NCBI GenBank assembly: GCA_965235115.1
Contig: OZ249436.1
Span: 42,782,001 to 42,846,000 of the forward strand
Direction: 5' to 3'
DNA length: 64,000 nucleotides
Origin: Laetmonice hystrix
Lineage: Eukaryota
The translations under genes were made by a program, and so were the position numbers. How positions within the stretch are numbered: position 1 is the stretch's first letter; each line of letters opens with the position of its first letter. The notes below the pieces were generated by a model that saw nothing but the letters and a program-made list of their open reading frames with translations, made no database searches and was not told the DNA's origin. Of the stretch, positions 33,601-45,804 are shown piece by piece.

Positions 33601-36600
33601 CAGTGGAAGCTTCAATATAAAACATATACCATGCATGGTGTCATAGACATAATACAGTACTGGGTTAACAGTGGAAGCTTGAATATAAAACATATACCAT
33701 GCATGGTGTCATAGACATAATTCAGTACTGGGTTAACAGTGGAAGCTTGAATATAAAACATATACCATGCATGGTGTCATAGACATAATACAGTACTGGG
33801 TTAACAGTGAAAGCTTGAATATAAAACATATACCATGCATGGTGTCATAGATACAGTACTGGGTTAACAGTGGAAGCTTGAATATAAAACATATACCATG
33901 CATGGTGTCATAGACATAATACAGTAAGTGTTAACACTGGAAGCTTGAATATAAAACACATACCATGCATGGTGTCATAGACATAATACAGTACTGGGTT
34001 AACAGTGGAAGCTTGAATATAAAACATATACCATGCATGGTGTCATAGATACAGTACTGTGTTAACAGTGGAAGCTTGAATATAAAACATATACCATGCA
34101 TGGTGTCATAGACATAATACAGTACTGGGTTAACAGTGGAAGCTTGAATATAAAACATATACCATGCATGGTGTCATAGACATAATTCACTACTGGGTTA
34201 ACACTGGAAGCTTGAATATAAAACATATACCATGCATGGTGTCATAGACATAATTCAGTACATGTACTGGGTTAACACTGGAAGCTTGAATATAAAACAT
34301 ATACCATGCATGGTGTCATAGACATAATTCAGTACTGGGTTAACACTGGAAGCTTGAATATAAAACATATACCATGCATGGTGTCATAGACATAATTCAG
34401 TACTGGGTTAACACTGGAAGCTTGAATATAAAACATATACCATGCATGGTGTCATAGACATAATTCAGTACTGGGTTAACACTGGAAGCTTGAATATAAA
34501 ACATATACCATGCATGGTGTCATAGACATAATTCAGTACTGGGTTAACACTGGAAGCTTGAATATAAAACATATACCATGCATGGTGTCATAGACATAAT
34601 TCAGTACTGGGTTAACAGTGGAAGCTTGAATATAAAACATATACCATGCATGGTGTCATAGACATAATACAATACTGGGTTAACACTGGAAGCTTGAATA
34701 TAAAACATATAGCATGCATGGTGTCATAGACATAATACAATACTGGGTTAACACTGGAAGCTTGAATATAAAACATATAGCATGCATGGTGTCATAGACA
34801 TAATACAGTACTGGGTTAACAGTGGAAGTTTGAATATAAAACATATAGCATGCATGGTGTCATAGACATAATACAGTACTGGGTTAACAGTGGAAGCTTG
34901 AATATATAAAACATATACCATGCATGGTGTCATAGACATAATACAGTACTGGGTTAACAGTGGAAGCTTGAATATAAAACATATACCATGCATGGTGTCA
35001 TAGACATAATACAGTACTTGGTTAACACTGGAAGCTTGAATATAAAACATATACCATGCATGGTGTCATAGACATAATACAGTACTGGGTTAACACTGGA
35101 AGCTTGAATATAAAACATATACCATGCATGGTGTCATAGACATAATACAGTACTGGGTTAACAGTGGAAGCTTGAATATAAAACATATACATGTACCATG
35201 CATGGTGTCAAAGACATAATTCACTACTGGGTTAACAGTTATTGGTAGATAGGTTCCCAGTTGGTGATTGAGATTTGGTTTGAGATTTGAAGAAGTTTTT
35301 GTCTAAGAATATTGTGACTTTTGTACAAATCGTCAGCTAAATGTTGTTTGTCTCCTTACGATGGTATTAATGGCATACAGATCCCGGAGGAGGTAGGCCC
35401 CACTGATAGTAACTGTAAAGTCGTCTGACGCTGGGACTATTTCTCCTTCTCCTCGGTCATTCACCTGAAATAGTTCTTGCTGAGAACAGTTTTCACTGTT
35501 GGCGTTGCTCTATTAACATGAAAACTTTCAAGCACAAATTTCTTCAATTCTGTGTGATATTTACAGGCCAGCTACTCAGAGCACACTTTATATTCTTACA
35601 TGTGAAAAACTCAATACAAAAATGTATATAATTGGACCAGTGATGTCATTAATGATGAGTTGAGTGGAGCAAACATAATCTTAGGTAAACTAATTCTTGG
35701 ATTGTTGAAGTCTTGATTACCTAGTCATTTGATACCTTGATTTAACCCTTAGTGAACCCCACCCCCAACCTAAACCCCGCCTGTACCCAGTGACCCCATC
35801 CCGAAACCCGAACTGGTCTCAACTCCTTTGACTGATTCAGTTAGTCTGAGGAATAGGTTCTAACTTTTATTGTAACATTCACAGATAACTTGTACTGCAA
35901 CATTCACAGATATCTTGTACTGTAACATTCACAGATATCTTGTATGCACATATAGTATGTCTGTGTTTTCGAGTTATAATGTTGGAAAGGTTTTACCTAT
36001 TACCCGTATATTTATAGGAACTTTTTCTCAGTTTCCAAAAACTGTATTTAGAGAAACAAATATATAAAATCGTAGAAATTGTCAGGTTTGAAATTGTCTG
36101 TGTTGGTAAAACATGTTAGACCTAAACAGAAAAAAAACTAATTTGGGACATTAAAATAATACTAGGAGTATCGATATGAAAACAGATAATACCCTTTGCA
36201 TAATTTGGGACATTAAAACTAATAATATCACTATGGCTTGTCATGTATACTGGCTGGAAATGATGACGTGTATTGAGTGAATTTTTCCTCTATTTTTAGA
36301 GCCAGGGTACTCATGAAAACTTCGGAGGTTCCCCCATGATTCCAGAGCCTCACTTTCAGCTAATCACTGCCTCCATCGTCATAACAACCCTCATCATCGG
36401 AATACTGGTACCCAACAGTGAGTGTGAATGTTTGTATTTTTGGATGGAGAAAAGGTTGGCCTTGCCTTATCCCGACAGTGTTCACAACACTGAGTTTAAT
36501 CACAATAAGAAATCATGCTTGAAGAACATCTTAGGGTCCACAGTTTGTGGATTAGGGCTGTCAAATTTTAGGAAGAGATTCTGAGGTTGCCGCTATCCCT

Positions 36601-39600
36601 CACCAGAACATAGGCTAGCACCTCTGGCCACAAATTTGGCACCTCAGTCTGAGTATGAGCAGCTAAGTTTTGTAGTCACAGTTACAACTATATACGTCCG
36701 CTGGCTTCTATGATCTGTTTCAGTTGAGTTTGTGCTGGCTCTGACGGGAGCGACGATGGGCGCCATGATTTGTTTCATCTTCCCAGCAGTTATGTTTATC
36801 TCACTCATGTCCATGTCCAAGACGAGTAGTAAATCTACAGCCCAGGTCAGTAAAATCTACGGCCCAGGTCAGTAAAATCTATGGCCGGGTCAGTAAAATC
36901 TACGGCCCATGTCAGTAAAATCTACAGCCCATGTCAGTAAAATCTACGGCCCATGTCAGTAAAATCTACGGCCCATGTCAGTAAAATCTGTGGCAGGGTC
37001 AGTAAAATCTACAGTCCAGGTCAGTAAAATCTACGACCCAGGTCAGTAAAATCTACGGCCCATGTAAGTAAAATCTACGGCCCATGTCAGTAAAATCTAT
37101 GGCCCAGGTCAGTCAAATCTATGGCCGGGTCAGTAAAATCTGTGGCAGGGTCAGTAAAATGTACGGCCCATGTAAGTAAAATCTATGGCCGGGTCAGTAA
37201 AATCTACGGCCCTCGTCAGTAAAATCTACGGCCCATGTCAGTAAAATCTACGGCCTAGGTCAGTAAAATCTACGGCCCAGGTCAGTAAAATCTACAGCCC
37301 ATGTCAGTCAAATCTACAGTCCAGGTCAGTCAAATCTATGGCCCATGTCAGTAAAATCTGTGGCAGGGTCAGTAAAATCTACAGTCCAGGTCAGTAAAAT
37401 CTACAGCCCAGGTCAGTAAAATCTACGGCCCAGGTCAGTCAAATCTACGGCCCAGGTCAGTCAAATCTACGGCCCAGGTCAGTCAAATCTACGGCCCAGG
37501 TCAGTCAAATCTATGGCCGGGTCAGTAAAATCTACGGCCCAGGTCAGTAAAATGCAGGCCCAGGTCAGTAAAATGATGGCCCAGGTCAGTAAAATGATGG
37601 CCCAGGTCAGTAAAATGATGGCCTAGGTCAGTAAAATGATGGCCCGGGTCATCTCAACCACCCACCATCAGATTTGATTTTGTTGACGTAGATTGTTCCA
37701 TGTTATGGATCGCTGTGGCAAAGAAAAGTTTCAGAGCAGTCGGAGTATGTTCCCTTCCCCAGCATCACCAACTCGTACCCCAGAGTGTCATGTGTGGTAT
37801 TCAATGATTGCTTGTAGATCGTACTGTTTCTGGGAGTGACGGTTCTCTTAGCCAGTACCTATGTCACCCTGTACTCGGGCGATACCGGCTCCAACATGGC
37901 CCAGATTAAGATGGCACAGCCTCACTTCCATGTCCCAGACATTGAGGAACAGAAGGCGCAGCAGATGTTAGATGGACAGATGGAAAACAAACAGGAGGGA
38001 GTTATCAATGTGGTCAAGGACAAACAAGGTATGAGTAACTAAGTCATGGACTGCCACTGTAACATCACAACTCCAGTTATTGACAGATTTGTGTTTAAAA
38101 AAAAAGATTTTTGCCACTTTTACTTATAAAAAGTCATTTCTGCTGAGTCGCTAAAATAGATGGAATTAAATGCTGTAAAGAATTGGTTGGCAGCGACTTT
38201 TATCCATACGAATATATTATGATAGCTTAATATATTTGAAAAATTTAAGACGATCTAGTTTTGTGTCTTTGGACATGTAACAATGGCAACTGCAGTGATT
38301 ACTTAACCTTTGAAAATTTCAGGGCATGATGTAATAAAAGATCGTATCAAACCTGAAGAAACAAAAGACATTACCAAGGACGAAAATAAGTCAGAAAGGA
38401 AAGAAGAAAAGGCTGAGAAAAAGAAAGGAAAGGATGAAAAAGGTAGTTATCCAGCAGGTATTTTATATAAAGATTCTAATAAGGATTTGAACGGTACTTG
38501 AATCAGATGTTACTAACTGCCAGACCTGTTGTAACAGTTCGTATCAGAAATCTGTAAGGATCATATTATACTAATGTGACTGAGATCCCTTTGTAATGAA
38601 AGATACAAGAAACCTTGTAAATAGGTTCTAGTAATAACTTGAGCTGAGTAATTCCTGAAATATGACCCAAGTTTTGTTTGTTGTAGACACGGCTGAGGTT
38701 CAAGATGACAAGCGTCATGAGCCTCCTGTCCCACACGCTCCCATAGAGGTCGAGAACGATGGTGTCAAGGACGCCGAGGTCAAGGCCGCACAGGGCAAGG
38801 ACACTCAAGGCAAGGACGGAGATCGTATCAAAGATGTAAGTCGATATTAACGTAGATCTAGGTCGTCACCGCTAACCGCTAACTGGCATCTTGAGTTGTA
38901 AATTACTGGTCCCAAATGATCATTGCTGCCAGGTAAGGTAAGAAGATACAGGCGCTTTAAAAATAACATTACTACTCTCTCATTGAAGATTCTAAATGGT
39001 AAAGAAGTCAAGTCGGAAAAAGACAAAACACTGGAAGAAAAGAAGGGTTCAGACAAGGAGGGCAAGAGGACAGAGGGCAAGGGTAAAGATGAAGAGAAGA
39101 AGGAGAAAGGGGAGACGAAGAAGAAGGAGACAGACTCAGAGGCTGGTAAACTTCTGAAGGAGTTAAAGGCACAGCGTGAGGAGCAGAAGGAGCTTATACA
39201 CCAACAACGGGCAATCATAGAGGAGCTTCAGAAACACAAGGATGAGGCTCACAGTGACGTCAAGGTACGCTGACGGTTAGGAAATACAGTGAAATGGGGG
39301 CATGAGCTAGGGGCGGAGGGCTGGGGAAATAGGGTGACATAAGGGGGTGTGAACTAGGGGCGGAGGGCTGGGGAAATAGGGTGATATAAGGGGGTGTGAA
39401 CTAGGGGCTCAGGGCTGGGGAAATAGGGTGACATAAGGGGGTGTGAACTAGGGGCTGAGGGCTGGGGAAATAGGGTGACATAAGGGGGTGTGAACTAGGG
39501 GCTGAGGGCTGGGAAAATAGGGTGACATAAGGGGTGTGAACTAGGGGCTGAGGGCTGGAGAAACAGGGTGACATAAGGGGGTGTGAACTAGGGGCTGAGG

Positions 39601-41029
39601 GCTGGGAAAATAGGGTGACATAAGGGGTGTGAACTAGGGGCTGAGGGCTGGAGAAACAGGGTGACATAAGGGGGTGTGAACTAGGGGCTCAGGGCTGGGG
39701 AAATAGGGTGACATAAGGGGGTGTTAACTAGGGGCTGAGGGCTGGGGAAATAGGGTGACATAAGGGGGTGTGAACTAGGGGCTGAGGGCTGGGAAAATAG
39801 GGTGACATAAGGGGGTGTGAACTAGGGGCTGAGGGCTGGGGAAACAGGGTGACATAAGGGGGTGTGAACTAGGGGCTGACGGCTGGGGAAACAGGGTGAC
39901 ATAAGGGGGTGTTAACTAGGGGCTGAGGGCTGGAAAATAGGATGACAAAAATGGGGTGAAAGAGGGTGGGATAATAAAACCCCCAGTCACGTTATGTTGG
40001 TATATTTTTCAGAAACCGCAACAAGAATTGGAACAACCAGTGCAGCAACAGTCTGCAGGGCAGCAACAACTACAACAGCAACCTGCAGGCCAGCAACAGC
40101 CTGTAGGACAACAACAAATACAACAACAACCTGCACTGCAGCAACAAATACAGCAACAGCCTGCAGTGCAGCAACAAATACAACAGCAGCAGCCTGCAGT
40201 GCAGCAACAGCCTGCAGTGCAGCAACAAATACAACAGCAGCAGCCTGCAGTGCAGCAACAGCCTGCAGTGCAGCAACAGCCTGCAGTGCGGCAGCAAATA
40301 CAACAGCAACAGCAACAGCCTGCACTGCAGCAACAGCCTGCACTGCAGCAACAAATACAGCAACAGCCTGCAGTACAGCAACAAATACAGCAACATCCTG
40401 CAGTACAGCAACAAATACAGCAACAGCCTGCAGTGCAGCAACAAATACAGCAACAGCCTGCAGTGCAACAACAAATACAGCAGCAGCCTGCAGGACAACA
40501 ACCTATAGGTTTGCAGCAACAGCATGTTAATCTGCAGCAACTACAGCAGCAAGGACAGCAGCAGCAAGGGCAACCACAGCAACAGAATTTTCAGAGGCAA
40601 CAACAACAACAACAGAATCCCAATCAGCAACAACGTCTTGTGCAGCAACCTGTGAACCAGCAAGCCCAGGGACAGTTGCCAGTTGTACAGCAACAACAGC
40701 AGCAGCCACTTCAAAATGTTCAGCAGAACCCGGCACAATCTCAACAAGGGTTTAACAGACCAGCACCCAATAACCCACACTTTCAACCTGTACAGAACCA
40801 GTTCGTGAAGAACCCAGAGCCGGCCGGACAGCAGCCAGCAGCGGTTCAGTTAAATCAAATCTTACAACAGCAACCATTGCCAAAGGTCTACCAACACGAC
40901 ATGGTCGGTAATCTCCCTGCAGCATCTCTCCAACAGGATATCCGCAAACAGGACAGTGTCAATCTCCCGGCACAGAATGCACAACAGGAGAACAATAATG
41001 TCAGAAATCAGGGAGTTCCAGCGGGATAG
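27680..41029 (+). CDS. SLC38A10: Putative sodium-coupled neutral amino acid transporter 10 with charged and Gln-rich C-terminal tail
   Basis: 15 phase-consistent coding exons: 27680-27772, 28739-28856, 29083-29128, 29397-29490, 29831-29971, 30996-31117, 31355-31457, 31943-32125, 36300-36417, 36724-36845, 37818-38028, 38323-38442, 38687-38835, 38989-39264, 40013-41029. Motifs NSIIGVSVLAMPFCFKECG, GTCVAFHVVIGDLG, FGCQTQL, SFPLVIFPCR, TGATMG, EPPVPHAP match SLC38A10. Confidence 0.92.
27771..28253 (+). repeat. 69-bp minisatellite, 7 identical copies, beginning at SLC38A10 first coding-exon donor
   Basis: Unit aa|gtaagtacagtactgagtgagagttaggatcttggctggtacataccttgtgtgtcttgttatctgt. Confidence 0.95.
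28318..28721. repeat. ~20-bp degenerate minisatellite ending ~16 nt before an acceptor
   Basis: Unit ggattcacagtgagtgtat. Confidence 0.9.
29951..30780 (+). repeat. 86/78-bp minisatellite, 10 copies, spanning donor at 29972
   Basis: Unit tactgtgtcttygtggctgag|gtaggtgtctgtgtggtcagaaaccttgtcctcgtcagtaaaccaggcacggaatgc(tacaatgc). Confidence 0.95.
31425..31750 (+). repeat. 63-bp minisatellite, 5 copies, spanning donor at 31458
   Basis: Unit gcagtcagcctgtgcacagctgtttacctttgt|gtatgtattggggtgactcgggatggttgg; open in the coding frame. Confidence 0.95.
32578..35238. repeat. 68-bp satellite, ~39 copies, mid-intron
   Basis: Unit catggtgtcatagacataatacagtactgggttaacagtggaagcttgaatataaaacatataccatg. Confidence 0.95.
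36827..37650 (+). repeat. 22-bp minisatellite, ~37 copies, spanning donor at 36846
   Basis: Exon end AGTAAATCTACAGCCCAG|gtc is re-iterated as (agtaaaatctacggcccaggtc)n. Confidence 0.95.
39307..39942. repeat. 47-bp G-rich minisatellite, ~13 copies
   Basis: Unit ctaggggctgagggctggggaaatagggtgacataagggggtgtgaa. Confidence 0.95.
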
Positions 41030-41090
41030 CTTAAATCTGGAAGTTCCAGTTGGATAGATTAAATCAGGGAGTTCCAGTTGGATAGATTAT
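41004..41090 (+). repeat. 28-bp repeat x3 spanning the SLC38A10 stop codon
   Basis: aaatcagggagttccagcgggaTAGctt / aaatctggaagttccagttggatagatt / aaatcagggagttccagttggatagatt. Confidence 0.8.
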
Positions 41091-41377
41091 CATTGGATAC
41101 CAAGCGATGGGAGATAGATATACCTGACCAAGTGTATGGATCAATGGTACTGTGATAAAACTACTACTAAAGGAATAAGTCAAGAGGAAGAGCAATTGTT
41201 CTGGAGAATATTTGTTATTCTTGGATGTTGTCTTCTTGAATGGATGTTTGGCAGTGGTTAGGTTAACTAAGTTGGTTAAAATCGTGGTTAACTCTGACTT
41301 TAACCAAGATTGGTTAAATCTCTGTTTCAAATGTTACCAAGATTTTAACGAAATTCGTCTTAACTACCATTTTCTTG

Positions 41378-42007
41378 GAACCGGGGCCAGATGTCAGATT
41401 AACAGACAGTAGTACTGAGTCAAACAGAGATCAAGAACCGGGGCCAGATGTCAGATTAACAGACAGTAGTACTGAGTCAAACAGAGATCAAGAACCGGGG
41501 CCAGATGTCAGATTAACAGACAGTAGTACTGAGTCAAACAGAGATCAAGAACCGGGGCCAGATGTCAGATTAACAGACAGTAGTACTGAGTCAAACAGAG
41601 ATCAAGAACCGGGGCCAGATGTCAGATTAACAGACAGTAGTACTGAGTCAAACAGAGATCAAGAACCGGGGCCAGATGTCAGATTAACAGACAGTAGTAC
41701 TGAGTCAAACAGAGATCAAGAACCGGGGCCAGATGTCAGATTAACAGACAGTAGTACTGAGTCAAACAGAGATCAAGAACCGGGGCCAGATGTCAGATTA
41801 ACAGACAGTAGTACTGAGTCAAACAGAGATCAAGAACCGGGGCCAGATGTCAGATTAACAGACAGTAGTACTGAGTCAAACAGAGATCAAGAACCGGGGC
41901 CAGATGTCAGATTAACAGACAGTAGTACTGAGTCAAACAGAGATCAAGAACCGGGGCCAGATGTCAGATTAACAGACAGTAGTACTGAGTCAAACAGAGA
42001 TCAAGAA
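41378..42007. repeat. 57-bp minisatellite, 11 apparently identical copies, probable 3' UTR
   Basis: Unit gaaccggggccagatgtcagattaacagacagtagtactgagtcaaacagagatcaa. Confidence 0.95.
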
Positions 42008-42979
42008 TGTAAAGGCCCACATACACAGACCGATTTACGGCCCATTTTGAGATACGACCGATTTTTCTCCATAGTATGTTTTCCTATGGAGACAAATTGG
42101 CCGTATCTGGGCCTTTACATTTGGAAACATTAACCAGTGGAAATATTTGTTATCGTTTGAATTATTGGCGGAAGCATGGCCAGGCAGTAAGAGAGGTTTG
42201 ATACCCAGTCTCGCATACAAAATATTGAAGTACTTCATACCAGACGTAGAAATGTCCTTGTGTTGTATAAACCGTGGGCTTAGCGTTAGCTTGAGGAACC
42301 AACTTATAGTTACAATGACTGCAGGCATTTCGTCTGTTGAGAGTTGTCATCGTAAATGATGATAATTTGAACGTTTTATTTTGAGGCCTTCGTTCAGTGA
42401 TGTTAACAGTATCTCCACCTTGTAAATCGCTGGCAGAGAGCAAGAAGTAAAAATTGGTTTAATGAACATTAAATAGATCTCATGAATACGCATCTGTGCA
42501 GCTATATTGTATCTACATGTAAAAAACAGTTAAGGTGATATAATATGTTACAGAGTATTATATCTCCATAAAATAGAATTTGTTTTGAGCAATTTGAAAA
42601 TTAAAATGCCTATCTCCAAAATTCAATGTAGCACTTACGATATTCTTGCTCTCAGCCAGTGAAATGTTGTCCCGATTACGTGGGGTAATAGCTTTACTTT
42701 TGTAACACACTGTACATTCCAGTAAAATTCTAGCTGATTGGTCGTATATAATTGTATCCAAGAGAAACTAACGACACATATTCCTCTCCTCTCTAACTAA
42801 TGGAACATATTGCTAGCCCTGCACCGAGAGGTTGAGAAATATTTTCATATCATGAAATATTGTCTGCAACAAGGCTGGAAACGACTTAGTACGTGGTAAA
42901 GTTGTATTGATCTTGTGTTTTCTCCCATGGAGAAGCTGGTATCAACCCTATTGTATATATATGCTCATATATCTGTAAC

Positions 42980-43241
42980 CAGGGGCGGATTCGGGATTTT
43001 GGAAAGGGAGGGGGGGGGGGGGCGTGGCGTCTGGGGTGTGAACTAGCAGCTTCGCTTAGATTGACCAAAGACCGGGGCCTAACATCGGTATCTGTGCCAC
43101 TAAATTGAACTGTTATGTTTTTGTTTGTCCCTTCTATCTCTTTTTTTTTTTTTTTTTACTTTTCTATTGTTTTAATGAAGTGTGTGTGTGTGTGTGTGGG
43201 GGGGGGGGTGCGCTCCCCACGCCTCTCTGGATCCGTCCCTA
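42980..43241. mobile_element. Probable G-run-rich MITE
   Basis: CAGGGGCGGAT ... GGATCCGTCCCT short TIRs; no clear TSD. Confidence 0.45.
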
Positions 43242-44633
43242 CTACTAACCCATCTCTGTGCCAAAACAGCTTCCATTTTGAGCACTTTCATCCTTTTTGC
43301 CATCTAAAATTGATAAAACGAAGGTTATTAAGTTTTATTACAGATTTAAATTGAGGGAAAAGACGGTGTTACCTGATAGTTGTACAGACTGGAATGTGCT
43401 GTCTGAAGTGTGGTAAAAGAAATGATGTGAAAGGTACGGACCGTGGCTACCAGCTTTACAAAAAGGGCCCATTTTTTTAGAATCACTAGGGGGGAACTGC
43501 CCCCTTCCCCAGCTGATTACGGCCCTCCATGTAAGTGTACGCGATGTGTGCTGTCAATGGATGTATTATTGTATAATGTGTGAGGAGTCTTATTTAAAGA
43601 ATAAAATATTCTGAGAAGACTATATGCCTCATATCTTTGTCTTTATTTATAAATTCATTGATGTACAACTACAGCCCCAAGTGACTCGCGTTATACCGTG
43701 ATTTTCTGTTTTTCTTGCAGTTTCCCGTTGAAGTAAAAGGTAACAGGCTAACTGGCCTAAAAACTAAATTTCTGTTCTGAAACCTGTACGCTTGGCCTTA
43801 CTTAAATTTTGAGGAAACTGGCAAGGTAACCCCCATACTTCTACTCCAGGCCAAACAAGTTGACCTCAAGTCGGGATTTTACCCCCCCCCCCCGCCCTCG
43901 TTGCCCCTGATCGGGCTTTTCAGGCCCAGACGTTAAACCCGCTCAGCCCCCTGAACCAGTGACTTGGATCATTAAAGGTGCTATTCGTCTCGCACAGAAT
44001 GGCATTTCTCCTATCATACATTGTGCACATAGTACTAGAAAACATTCCTACCGATACCATTGGCCTGATAAACCTTCTATTAGTTTGTGTGCAGCATTTG
44101 AAACCTATCTCGGTGCGCACCGAGATAGAGCCATTTCCTATGGTGGGGCGTGTCAGGGTCTCCACAGGCCTTCTGAGAGAGCCCCATTTGTGCCGTTATC
44201 CATGAAAAATTGTGATTTCCTTTGTTGTGAATCTATTTCCATGATAGGTGGGATCACATAAACGTCAAGAAAATTAAAAATAAAAAAATTGAATTTTTGT
44301 TCACGAATAGCACCTTTAAATTGAATGGATTTATAAATATAAGCCGAGATTTAGCGTACCCCGGTACTTGGTAGTATAACATTAACAAGTCAGATATATT
44401 TATAAACTCGCCCGTACCCGGCACTGTGACACAACGCCACACAGGGCAGTAAGCAAGGAAAGCGCGCCAGTTTTCATGATAGCCCATGTCTGGTGCCGGA
44501 TAGCGGGGTTCCCAGCCACTAACCCGGATGTGAAACACCCGCAGAAATCATCATCTGCCGCTGTGCTATTTTTAGAAGCGTAGTTTCTCTGATTGCAGCA
44601 AGGGGGCGCCAGCGGATTTGTTTTGGTTCCAAA

Positions 44634-45804
44634 ATGGCGACGGTGATGTCCATGTGTATTGGAGTGCTGGTGACTTTGTTAGGATTTCTGTGTATTCCAG
44701 GATATTCCAGTATTTCTCAACACTCTGATCAACCTCAGTATTGCTCATTCTTTAATAACCGCGCGCCTAGCGCTCAACCCGGGCTTAAAAACTGCACCTG
44801 GTTCAAGGACAATAGTTGTTGCATGCAGCAAGAAATCGCCGCTACCTTCGGGCGCGTGAAGCCGCTGAAGGGGGCTTCGCTTTCCTGTCAGAAATACGTA
44901 AACTATCTCATGTGCTACATCTGTGCACCTAACCAGAATATATTCTACAAAAGAGAGAGGCTGACAGTGTGTGAAACGTTCTGCGATGCTCTCTATGATG
45001 CATGCAACTCTGCCATTTTGAAAGGTTCGGTGATCCGGAATCTGTACTCAAGCGGGCGGGAGTTTTGTCAGAGCCGTCGGTTTGAGGTGGCCACAACTGG
45101 CTGCTTCACGTTCGACGTGAGTCTGGATACAAGTGGTGGTCGGAATACGACGACAGCGAATGTCGCTCTCGTGGTGGCTATGTTTGGATTGTGTGTGTTG
45201 TTGCAGTGTCAAAGTAGCTGTGGTCCGCTGAGCACTTTGACATGTTCTGTGTGCAGGAGGATGGTGGCGCGCGGCGGCAGGAAGCGGGGGCCGGGAGGGC
45301 GGAGCGACGGACACCGGGAGAAGGTTACCCGGGCTCCCGGCGGGGACGGCCCGGCCAGCTCAGCCGGTCTGGTATCGGTCTCCGCCCCCCACCGTGACGC
45401 CACGGTAATCAGTCCCCGCGCTCCAAGCGGCAGCGTGAATGTCAAACACAGAGAAAGACCCACTGACCATCACCACAACCACCTCCTCCACCATCATCCT
45501 CAAAGATCACGAGTCAGTGGTAAGAGAAGAGTCGCCATGTGCAGACCGGGCGGCAAGCTACCGCCCTGGATTGACAGTGCCTTGTTTGCCGTCGTACTTT
45601 TCATCTTCCACCTGCCGCAAGGAACGAGTGCTCTGAGCACTGATGATATCACAATGTGGGCACAGATGTTATCATCCGAACTCACTGGCATCGCCAAAAA
45701 GGGACTACGATATGAGGAGATTCAGCAACTCTATGACCGGGCACAATATGCAACCGAATTTGTGAATGGCACAGCCAAAGTTCTGGAAGTGCGAGAAAAA
45801 CTCG
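44634..45804 (+). CDS. Exon 1 of folate-receptor-family domain / CACHD1(alpha2delta)-like fusion; remaining exons not identified in window
   Basis: Strong-context ATG (aaaATGG), signal peptide, 12-Cys domain (CTWFKDNSCC, LMCYICAP, VCETFCDALYDAC, FC, GCF), hydrophobic segment, basic linker, second signal-like segment, then WAQMLSSELTGIAKKGLRYEEIQQLY..Y....NG...V...EKL, which resembles the CACHD1 N-terminus as recalled. Donor CTCG|gtatgt at 45804/45805. Confidence 0.75.

Noticed and set aside
41375..42133. 252-aa EPGPDVRLTDSSTESNRDQ repeat ORF
   Set aside because: Non-ATG start, no acceptor, lies after the SLC38A10 stop; identical DNA units give no sign of coding constraint.
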